Below are positions 17,305 through 24,651 of a DNA stretch of 34,272 bases, one piece after another; the first letter of the stretch is position 1, and each line of letters starts with the position of its first letter. The position numbers and the translations under genes were made by a program. The notes beneath the pieces are model-generated. The model searched no databases, was not told the origin of the DNA, and saw only the letters and a program-made list of their open reading frames with translations. Where the stretch lies: contig VAXY01000013.1 in NCBI GenBank assembly GCA_005885085.1, positions 19,463-53,734 of the forward strand, read 5' to 3'. Source of the stretch: Actinomycetota bacterium (GTDB taxonomy: Bacteria > Actinomycetota > Thermoleophilia > Gaiellales > Gaiellaceae).

Positions 17305-18023
17305 GCCGCAACGTCCGTCTCGGCCTCTTCGCCGCGGCGGGCGCGATGCTCGCCGCGCTGCTCGTCTGGGGCTTCACGGGGCTGCCGGCGTTCGGCGACT
17401 TCCAGGGCGAGTACGGCTGGATCCTCAACGACGTTGCGGGCCACGAACGACACGTCACGAACGTCGTCGCGTCGGTTGTCTTCGACTATCGCGGTTTCGA
17501 CACGCTCGGAGAGGAGTTCATCCTCTTCGCCGCCGCGATCGGCGTTGCCCTGCTGTTGCGCGAGGCGCGGGACGACCGCGAGCGGCCTCGAGACGAAGTG
17601 CGCAGCGACGCCGTCAGAGCGGTCGGTCTGATGCTCGTCGGGCCGACGGTCGTCGTCGGCCTCTATCTCGTCGCCCACGGCTATCTGACGCCCGGCGGCG
17701 GCTTCCAGGGCGGCGTGGCCGTCGCCGCCGGCGTGGTGTTGCTCTACGCGGCTGGGCGGTACCGGGCGTACAGCGCCGCGAGCCCGCACGGGCTGGTCGA
17801 GTTGGCGGAGGGCGCCGGTGCCGGCGCGTACGCCGCCGTCGGCGTCGCCGCGCTGTTCGCGGGCGGTCTGTTCCTGGAGAACGTCGTCGAGCTCGGGACG
17901 AGGGGGACGCTCGCATCCGGCGGCACGATCCCGATCCTCAACGCCGCGGCCGGCCTCGAAGTGACGGCGGCGGTCGTCCTGCTCCTCCACGAGTTCCTCG
18001 AGGAGGTCATGTACCCGGCGTGA
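17301..18023 (+). CDS. mrpB: Mrp/Mnh-type antiporter subunit B (MbhE/F-like)
   Basis: ATGA overlap. NVVASVVFDYRGFDTLGEEFILFAAAIGV is the MnhB-domain signature. Confidence 0.8.
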   Translation: MSRNVRLGLFAAAGAMLAALLVWGFTGLPAFGDFQGEYGWILNDVAGHERHVTNVVASVVFDYRGFDTLGEEFILFAAAIGVALLLREARDDRERPRDEVRSDAVRAVGLMLVGPTVVVGLYLVAHGYLTPGGGFQGGVAVAAGVVLLYAAGRYRAYSAASPHGLVELAEGAGAGAYAAVGVAALFAGGLFLENVVELGTRGTLASGGTIPILNAAAGLEVTAAVVLLLHEFLEEVMYPA

Positions 18024-18367
18024 CGCTGCTTCCGTATCTCCTAGCGGCCTGGCTGTTCCTCGTCGGCCTCTACGGCGTCGTCACGAGCCGGCACCTCGTG
18101 CACCTCGTGATCTGCCTGAGCGTGATGCAGTCGGCCACCTACGTCCTGCTGCTCGCGATCGGCTACCGGAGCGGCAAGAAAGCTCCGATCTTCACCGCCG
18201 GCGTGCCCGTGAAGGTCGGCGCCGTCGATCCCGTCGTGCAGGCGCTGACGCTGACCGACGTGGTCGTGAGCGTGACCGGCGTCGCTCTCCTGCTCGCGCT
18301 CGTGGTCGAGATCTGGAAGCGGGCTGGCACCGTCGATCCCGACCGGCTGCGGCGGAAGGAATTGTGA
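18020..18367 (+). CDS. mrpC: Mrp/Mnh-type antiporter subunit C (NuoK-like)
   Basis: GTG 18020 (GTGA overlap). 115 aa with three TM helices and a NuoK/MnhC pattern. Confidence 0.8.
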   Translation: MTLLPYLLAAWLFLVGLYGVVTSRHLVHLVICLSVMQSATYVLLLAIGYRSGKKAPIFTAGVPVKVGAVDPVVQALTLTDVVVSVTGVALLLALVVEIWKRAGTVDPDRLRRKEL

Positions 18368-20133
18368 GCTCGACGCTCGTCCCGCTCGTCGTCGCCGTGC
18401 CGCTGCTCGCAGCGGCCGCGCTGGGAGCTCTCGGAAACTTCGCACCGTCCCGGTTCGACAATCTCGTCGCGATCGCGGTGGCAGTGGCGGTGACCGTGTT
18501 CTCCGTGCTGCTGATCTTCCGCTCCGCGGATCAGACGATCCACTACTGGTTCGGAGGCTGGAAGCCTCGCAGCGGCATCGCGATCGGCATCTCTTTCAGC
18601 GTCGATCCGCTCGTTGCGGGAGTCGCCGCGCTGATCGGCGTGCTCGCGACGGCTGCGCTCGTCGTCAGCTGGGATTACTTCGGCGAACAGGTGCCGCAGC
18701 ACTTTCACGTCCTGATGCTCATCTTCCTTGGCTCGATGACGGGTTTCGCACTTTCCAGTGACCTGTTCAACATGTTCGTCTTCTTCGAATTGATGAGCAT
18801 CGCGGCGTTCGCGCTCACCGGTTACCGGATCGAGCAGTCATCGGCGCTGCAGGGGGCGATCAACTTCGCGGTCGTGAACTCGATCGGCGCGTTCATGCTG
18901 CTGACCGGGATCGCGCTGCTGTACGGCCGCACGGGTGCGCTCAACCTCGCGCAGATCGGGCAGGTGCTGTCGCGCGGACGTGCGGACGGGCTCGTGGTCG
19001 TCGCGTTCACACTCGTGGTCGTCGGGTTTCTGACCAAAGCCGGCGCGGTGCCGTTCCACTTCTGGCTCTCCGACGCCTACGCAGTCGCCCCGGCGCCCGT
19101 CTGCATCCTCTTCGCCGGGGTCATGAGCGACCTCGGCCTGCATGCCACCGGCAGGACGTACTGGGAAGGATTCTCAGGTGTGCTCGGCGCGGACGCGGGC
19201 TCCGTCCGTGGGGTGCTGGTCGGCCTGGGCGTCGGGACGGCTCTCCTCGGCGGCGCGATGGCATTCGTGCAAGCCGGGCTCAAGCGGATGCTCGCGTTCG
19301 TAGTGATCAGCCATGTGGGTATCTTCCTCGCCGCGATCGGTCTGCTCACGGCGCGCGGGCTCGCCGGTGCGACGGTGGGCATTGTTGCGGACGGGCTGGT
19401 GAAGGGTGCCCTGTTCTGCGCGGTCGCGTCGCTTGCGCGGCGCCTCGGCGAGACCGACGAGCTGTCACTACACGGTCGCGGCACGCCGATCCCGATCACG
19501 GGTGCGGTCCTCGGCGTCGGTGCCGTCGGGCTCGCGGTGGTCCCCCCGTTGGCGATCCTGTCCGGCGACGGGTGGCTGCGCGGCCTGCTCGTCGTTGCGA
19601 GTGCGCTGACGGGCGGCGCGGTCCTCCGTGCGGCGGGAAGGATTTTCCTCGGCCTCGGGCCGAAGCAGGACGAGCTGCTCGTCGAGCCTCAGGCAGGCGC
19701 GGAGGCCGAGCTCCGTCGCGCACCGCGCGCCGGCGCGCTGCTCTGGCTGCCCGGAGTCGCCTTGCTCGCGGCGGGACTGACGCTCGCGTTCACGCCAGGC
19801 CTCGCGCGCCGCGCGGTCCAGCATGCCAAGCTCAGCGTCGATCGACCTGCGTTAGCACGCGAGACGTTGCACGGCGTGCGCACGCCCCTGCCGAAGCCGA
19901 GCTTCGAGCGGAGCCCCGCTGCCTACGCCTACGCCGGCGCCGCGGGGCTGCTGGCGATCGGGTTCGCCGCGCTCGGGCTCTATCGCCGTCGCGTGCCCGT
20001 GCTGGTCGCGGCGCCGATGCACCGCCTGAAGTTGCTGCACGACGGCGTCGTGGGGGAGTACGTCACATGGCTCACGGTCGGCACCGCCGTCATCGGGGTC
20101 CTCTTCGCCGTTCTGATCGCCAAACGCCCTTAA
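18364..20133 (+). CDS. mrpD: Mrp subunit D / NuoN-L-M-type proton-conducting antiporter-like subunit with a C-terminal extension of about 100 aa
   Basis: GTGA overlap. 589 aa. Proton_antipo_M core (FFELMSIAAFALTGY, VPFHFWLSDAY), plus extra C-terminal helices after residue 470 or so. Confidence 0.85.
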   Translation: MSSTLVPLVVAVPLLAAAALGALGNFAPSRFDNLVAIAVAVAVTVFSVLLIFRSADQTIHYWFGGWKPRSGIAIGISFSVDPLVAGVAALIGVLATAALVVSWDYFGEQVPQHFHVLMLIFLGSMTGFALSSDLFNMFVFFELMSIAAFALTGYRIEQSSALQGAINFAVVNSIGAFMLLTGIALLYGRTGALNLAQIGQVLSRGRADGLVVVAFTLVVVGFLTKAGAVPFHFWLSDAYAVAPAPVCILFAGVMSDLGLHATGRTYWEGFSGVLGADAGSVRGVLVGLGVGTALLGGAMAFVQAGLKRMLAFVVISHVGIFLAAIGLLTARGLAGATVGIVADGLVKGALFCAVASLARRLGETDELSLHGRGTPIPITGAVLGVGAVGLAVVPPLAILSGDGWLRGLLVVASALTGGAVLRAAGRIFLGLGPKQDELLVEPQAGAEAELRRAPRAGALLWLPGVALLAAGLTLAFTPGLARRAVQHAKLSVDRPALARETLHGVRTPLPKPSFERSPAAYAYAGAAGLLAIGFAALGLYRRRVPVLVAAPMHRLKLLHDGVVGEYVTWLTVGTAVIGVLFAVLIAKRP

Positions 20134-20135
20134 CG

Positions 20136-20165
20136 CAGCGTTAACGGACCACAACCCAGCGTTAA
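20136..20165 (+). promoter_or_regulatory. Direct repeat CAGCGTTAA-N12-CAGCGTTAA (21-bp period) between mrpD and htrA
   Basis: Seen directly. The first copy is part of the palindrome TTAACGCaGCGTTAA (20130-20144), which overlaps the mrpD stop. AT-rich relative to its surroundings. Confidence 0.3.
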
Positions 20166-20191
20166 GAGCCGCCTGGCTAGAAACACCCTGG

Positions 20192-21377
20192 ATGGATCAC
20201 ACCCTCCTTCCACGCCGCGCCGCCGGGCTCATTGCCTCTGCCGTCCTGGGTGGAGTTGTTGCGCTCGGCGGCGCGGCCGCGTTGGGAAGGCTGGGCGAAA
20301 AGACGACGGTGATCCGCGAGGAGGCGGCACTGAGCTCTTCTGAGCCCGCTGCCTTCCCGAACGGCCGGCGGGAGTCGATCAACGCGATCTACCGCGCGTC
20401 GGCACCGGGTGTGGTGCACATCGAGACGACCACGCGCGTCCAGCAGCCCCTCGATCCGTTCTTCGGCAATCCTTTCGGGACGACGCAGACGCAGCGCGCG
20501 CTCGGCTCCGGCTTCGTGATCGACAAGGCCGGTCACATCGTCACGAACTACCACGTCGTTCGCGGGGCCAACACGATTCAGGTCAGCTTCTCGAACAACG
20601 AGCGTTTCAAGGCAAGGCTCGTCGGTGTCGACCCGTCCACCGATGTCGCGGTGCTCAAGGTCGACGTCAAGTCCCGGGCGCTGAAAGCTCTGCCCTTGGG
20701 CGATTCCGACAGCGTCCGCGTCGGCGACGAAGTGATTGCGATCGGGAACCCGTTCGGCCTCGATCGTTCGGTTACCGCGGGCATCGTCAGCGCCGTTCAG
20801 CGGCGGATCGAAGCGCCGAACCGGCTCTCGATCTCGCACGTGATCCAGACGGACGCGGCGCTGAACCACGGCAACTCGGGCGGTCCCCTGCTCAACGCAC
20901 AGGGCGAGGTGATCGGCGTGAACGCGCAGATCGAGACCGGCGGCGTCAGCGACGGGAACGTGGGCAATCGGGTTCGCGATTCCGATCAACACCGTGAAGG
21001 ACGTCGTCGCCGGCCTGATCAGGCACGGGAAGGTCGAGCATGCGTTCCTCGGCATCGAAGGCAAGACATTGACGCCGCGGATCGCGCAGCTCTTCCACCT
21101 GCCGGTGTCGAGCGGCGTGCTCGTCGCGACCGTGCGGCAGGACAGCGGCGCCGCCCAGGCCGGCCTGAAGGCCTCGACGAACGAGGTCACCGTCGAGGGG
21201 GAGAGCTGGCCGGCCGGCGGTGACGTGATCGTGAAGGTCGACGGCCAGCCGGTCCCGACCGTCGATCGTCTGATCGATCTGATCGGGGCGAAAAAGCCGG
21301 GCGACAAGATCGACGTCGAGATCGTCCGCGGCACGAGCCACCAGACGCTGACCGTGAAGCTTGGACGGCAACCGTGA
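20192..21377 (+). pseudogene. htrA: HtrA/DegP-family serine protease with PDZ domain, frame broken by one extra nucleotide near 20966
   Basis: TNYHVV, DVAVLK and GNSGGPL form the catalytic triad in ORF 20192... After GNVG the expected IGFAIPINTVKDVVAGL... continues in the +1 frame (ORF 20994..21377, PDZ domain). The junction reads ggc-a-atc. Confidence 0.85.
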
Positions 21378-21458
21378 TGCGCCGCCGTCCCGACTGGCCC
21401 CGAACCCCTGGGGGCCTGCTTCCGCCGGAGCCGTAGGCCAGCACGGCGTGCGGAAGCA

Positions 21459-21633
21459 CGAGCTAAGGGCCCGACCGCCTGCCCGGGCCCTTAGCTCAAC
21501 ATCTGCTCGGGCCCTTAGCTCGAAGCGAAGTGCCGAGACTTCAGTCTGGCTTGGCCGTACAAAAGCTGCCCGACCGCCTGCCCGGGCCCTTAGCTCAACA
21601 TCTGCTCGGGCCCTTGGCTCGAAGCGAAGTGCC
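21459..21633. repeat. Structured intergenic repeat region: a 66-nt segment duplicated (21469-21534 and 21568-21633, 65/66 identical) carrying four direct and one inverted copy of the 14-mer CGGGCCCTTAGCTC
   Basis: Direct 14-mers at 21484, 21508, 21583 and 21607 (the last with one mismatch). An inverted copy at 21460-21473 pairs with 21484-21497 as a 14-bp hairpin. Confidence 0.85.
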
Positions 21634-21679
21634 TTTCGACCCAGCTTTCCGGTTCAACGCCGCGTGCAAGACTCACACG

Positions 21680-22279
21680 GTGGGCATCATCTCGCGTGGC
21701 TTCAGAGGACGCGGCCGCGGTGACGACAGCGGGCGTCTCCCGCCCGGCCAGTACGCGACCGACGATTTTCCGGTCCTGTCCGCCGGGCCGACGCCGCACA
21801 CGCCGCTCGACGAGTGGACGTTCACGATCGAGGGAGGCGCCGAGCCGGTGCGCTGGACCTGGGACGAATTCCGCACGCTGCCCACCGAGACCGTGACGAA
21901 GGACATCCACTGCGTCACGAAGTGGTCGAAGTTCGACACCGACTGGGAAGGCGTGTCGGTCGACGCGCTGCTCGAGAGCGTCGACCACGACCGAGCCTAT
22001 GCGGTCGCCTTCTGCGACGGTGGGTACACCACGAACCTGCCGGTCGAGGACCTCACTGGCGGCAAGGCGTGGGTCGCGTTTGCCTACGACGGCGAGCCGC
22101 TCGAGCCCGAGCACGGTGGTCCTGCGCGGCTGCTCGTCCCGCACCTCTACTTCTGGAAGAGCGCGAAGTGGGTGCGCGGACTGAGCCTTCGCGACGAGGA
22201 CGAGCCGGGCTTCTGGGAGACCAACGGCTACCACAACTACGGCGATCCTTGGCGGGAACAGCGCTACTGGGGCGACTGA
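21680..22279 (+). CDS. Sulfite-oxidase-like molybdopterin-dependent oxidoreductase (small, about 199 aa)
   Basis: GTG 21680. VGIISRGFRGRG...LPPGQYATDDFPVLSAGPTP...IHCVTKWSK...GGPARLLVPHLYFWKSAKWV matches the Oxidored_molyb domain. The upstream part of track ORF 21530.. lies in the repeat region and was rejected. Confidence 0.8.
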   Translation: MGIISRGFRGRGRGDDSGRLPPGQYATDDFPVLSAGPTPHTPLDEWTFTIEGGAEPVRWTWDEFRTLPTETVTKDIHCVTKWSKFDTDWEGVSVDALLESVDHDRAYAVAFCDGGYTTNLPVEDLTGGKAWVAFAYDGEPLEPEHGGPARLLVPHLYFWKSAKWVRGLSLRDEDEPGFWETNGYHNYGDPWREQRYWGD

Positions 22280-22995
22280 CCTGGCTCGTTGCCGAGGTCA
22301 CCGAGACGGTGACCGAGACGCCGCGAGTCCGAACGCTGATCCTCGACGTCGACGGCTGGCCAGGGCATCGGGCCGGCCAGCACGTCGACGTGCGCCTCAC
22401 GGCGGAGGACGGCTACCAGGCGGAGCGGAGCTACTCCCTCGCCTCGGCCCCGGAAGACCCTCCCGCGCTTACGGTCGAGCGTCTCGACGACGGTGAAGTC
22501 TCCCCGTACCTGGTCGACGAGGTCGTTCCCGGCGACCGCTTCGAGCTGCGCGGGCCCGTCGGCGGCTACTTCGTGTGGGACGCGGACGCTTTGCCCGAGC
22601 CGCTGCTCCTCGTCGCCGGTGGCTCGGGTGTCGTGCCGTTGATGGCCATGCTCCGCCATCGCGCCGCCGCGGGCTCGACGGTGCCCGCGAAGCTGCTCTA
22701 CTCGTCGCGCACGTACGAGGAAGTCATCTACCGCGAGGAGCTGGAGCGGCTCGACGGTCGTGGCGACGGCTTGGAGATCGTGCACACACTCACGCGTGCC
22801 CAGCCGCCCGGATGGACCGGGCATGCGGGCCGCGTCGACGTCGACCTGCTGCGCGAGGTCTCGTTCCCGGCCCGGCGCGCCCCGCGCGTGTTCGTCTGCG
22901 GCCCGACGAGCTTCGTCGAGGCCGTGGCGGAAGGTCTCGTCTCGCTCGGCCACCGGCCGGGGCGGATCCGGACGGAGCGGTTCGGAGGGACGTGA
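22276..22995 (+). CDS. FNR-like FAD/NAD(P)-binding oxidoreductase (start uncertain: CTG 22276 or TTG 22249)
   Basis: RSYSLAS (RxYS FAD motif) and LLLVAGGSGVVPLMAM (NAD-binding motif). Homologues begin about 13 residues before ETPRVRTL, which corresponds to CTG 22276 overlapping the upstream TGA. Confidence 0.75.
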   Translation: MTWLVAEVTETVTETPRVRTLILDVDGWPGHRAGQHVDVRLTAEDGYQAERSYSLASAPEDPPALTVERLDDGEVSPYLVDEVVPGDRFELRGPVGGYFVWDADALPEPLLLVAGGSGVVPLMAMLRHRAAAGSTVPAKLLYSSRTYEEVIYREELERLDGRGDGLEIVHTLTRAQPPGWTGHAGRVDVDLLREVSFPARRAPRVFVCGPTSFVEAVAEGLVSLGHRPGRIRTERFGGT

Positions 22996-22996
22996 C

Positions 22997-23248
22997 GTGA
23001 CCCATCTCGACGGCAATGCGATCGCCGGTGTCCTCGAGCAGCTCTTCGGGCGCGACCTGACCCTTGCCTCGAGCCGCTGCACGGGCTGCGGCGCCATGCG
23101 CGAGGTCGCTGATATCCATGTCTACCGTTCGGCCGGCATCGTCGCACGATGTCCGGACTGCGACACGGTGCTGTTCCGGATCGTCGAGGCGCGCGACCGG
23201 ATGTGGCTCGACTTCCGCGGTTTCTCGTCGCTCCAGGTTCGGAGCTAA
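22997..23248 (+). CDS. Small Cys-rich protein (DUF6510-like) accompanying the Mo/FNR pair
   Basis: GTG 22997, 2 nt after the upstream stop. 83 aa with CTGCG...CPDC. The family assignment is from memory. Confidence 0.55.
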   Translation: MTHLDGNAIAGVLEQLFGRDLTLASSRCTGCGAMREVADIHVYRSAGIVARCPDCDTVLFRIVEARDRMWLDFRGFSSLQVRS

Positions 23249-24600
23249 GCGGCCTGCTCGGCTGCCGCCTTCACTCCTTCGGAGAAGCTCGGGTAGACGT
23301 GGTGGACGCTCGCGAAGTCATCGACTGTCGCACCTAGCTGCAGGGCGACGGCGAGACTCCCGACGATGTCGCTTGCGCCGCGGGAGACGACATGTACGCC
23401 CAGCACGCGGCGGCTCGAGCTGTCGAAGACGATCTTGTAGAGGCCGTACTTCGCACCGAAGTACTGGGCGCGCGTGACGGAGCGCAACGGGTGCCTCACG
23501 ACGTCGACGTGGAATCCTTGCTCGGAGGCCTCCGCCTCGGTCAGCCCGACGCCGCCGAGCTCCGGGTCGGTGAAGATCGTGGTCGGCAGGGCGGAGTAGT
23601 CGACCGTCCGCGAGCCGTCGCCGAACATGTTGTCGATCGCAACACGCGCCTGATACTGGGCCGCGGGAGTGAACATCGGGCCCGTCGCCACGTCGCCCGC
23701 GGCCCAGATTCCGTCGACGGTCGTGCGCTGGTGCTCGTCGACGACGATGCCGCCGCGTGTCACCTCGACGCCGATGCGGTCCAGCCCGAGCTCCTCCACG
23801 TTCGGCGTGCGGCCCGAGGCGAGGAGAACGTGCGACACGCTGAGCGTGCGTTCCTGCACGAGTGCCTCGACCCGACCGTTGGCGCGCGAGAACGAGTGCA
23901 CGCCCGTGTTGAGCACGATCTCGATCCCCTCTTCCTCGAGTGCCATGCGAAGCGCGTCGGCGGCGTCTGCATCGGCGCGCGCGGCGATCTGCGGCCCATG
24001 GTTGACGACCGTCACGCGCGAGCCGAAGCGCGCGAAGATCTGCGCGAATTCCAGTCCGACCGGGCCGCCGCCGACGACGAGCAGAGATTCGGGAACCTCC
24101 TCGAGCTCGAGGGCGCTGATGTGATCGATCCAGTCGATCTGCTCGATCCCGGGAATCAGCGGCACCGCCGTCCGGCCCCCGGTCGCGATCAGGATCCTCT
24201 CGGCGCTCAGCAACTCGTCGCCGACGCGGACGGTGCCGCTGTCGACGAACGTCGCCTCGCCGGGGTAGATGCCGTAGCCGGCCTTTTTGAGGAGATCGAC
24301 CCAGCTCTCCTGATCCCTGATCAACGACGTCTTCCACGCGCGCGTCCGTGCGAGCTCGATGCTCGGCGCCGGCAGGTCGATCCCGCGCTCGGCCGCGTGG
24401 CGGCTCACGTCGTGCATCTGCTCTGCAGCGACGAGATAGGCCTTCGTCGGCCGGCAGGCGACATTCGGGCATGAGCCGCCCCAGCGTGTGCGCTCGACAA
24501 TGGCGACGCGCGCGCCGTGCTCTCGCGAGGCTCTGCCGGCGGCATCTCGCGCTGCCGATCCCGCCCCGAGGACGATCAGGTCGTAGGTCTCGCTTGTCAT
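23245..24600 (-). CDS. Class I pyridine nucleotide-disulfide oxidoreductase (flavoprotein disulfide reductase; not MerA)
   Basis: DLIVLGAGSAA FAD motif. Redox-active GGSCPNVACRPTK. VVGGGPVGLEFA NAD motif. C-terminal HVYPSFSEG dimerisation-domain His-Glu. No NmerA domain and no C-terminal Cys pair. Confidence 0.85.
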   Translation of the reverse strand: MTSETYDLIVLGAGSAARDAAGRASREHGARVAIVERTRWGGSCPNVACRPTKAYLVAAEQMHDVSRHAAERGIDLPAPSIELARTRAWKTSLIRDQESWVDLLKKAGYGIYPGEATFVDSGTVRVGDELLSAERILIATGGRTAVPLIPGIEQIDWIDHISALELEEVPESLLVVGGGPVGLEFAQIFARFGSRVTVVNHGPQIAARADADAADALRMALEEEGIEIVLNTGVHSFSRANGRVEALVQERTLSVSHVLLASGRTPNVEELGLDRIGVEVTRGGIVVDEHQRTTVDGIWAAGDVATGPMFTPAAQYQARVAIDNMFGDGSRTVDYSALPTTIFTDPELGGVGLTEAEASEQGFHVDVVRHPLRSVTRAQYFGAKYGLYKIVFDSSSRRVLGVHVVSRGASDIVGSLAVALQLGATVDDFASVHHVYPSFSEGVKAAAEQAA

Positions 24601-24651
24601 CTTCGCCTCCGTCTGTCTTCACGCGAGCGTACGGCGTTACAGTCGCCGGCG

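Noticed and set aside
21361-21723. ORF encoding a repeat protein (…RPPARALSSTSARALSSKRSA… twice), and the possibility that the 99-bp periodicity is a CRISPR-like array
   Set aside because: The repeat in the protein simply mirrors the duplicated 66-nt DNA segment. There are only two copies, the spacers are not unique 30-40 nt units, and the 14-mers are 24 bp apart. This is neither a CRISPR architecture nor credible coding sequence.
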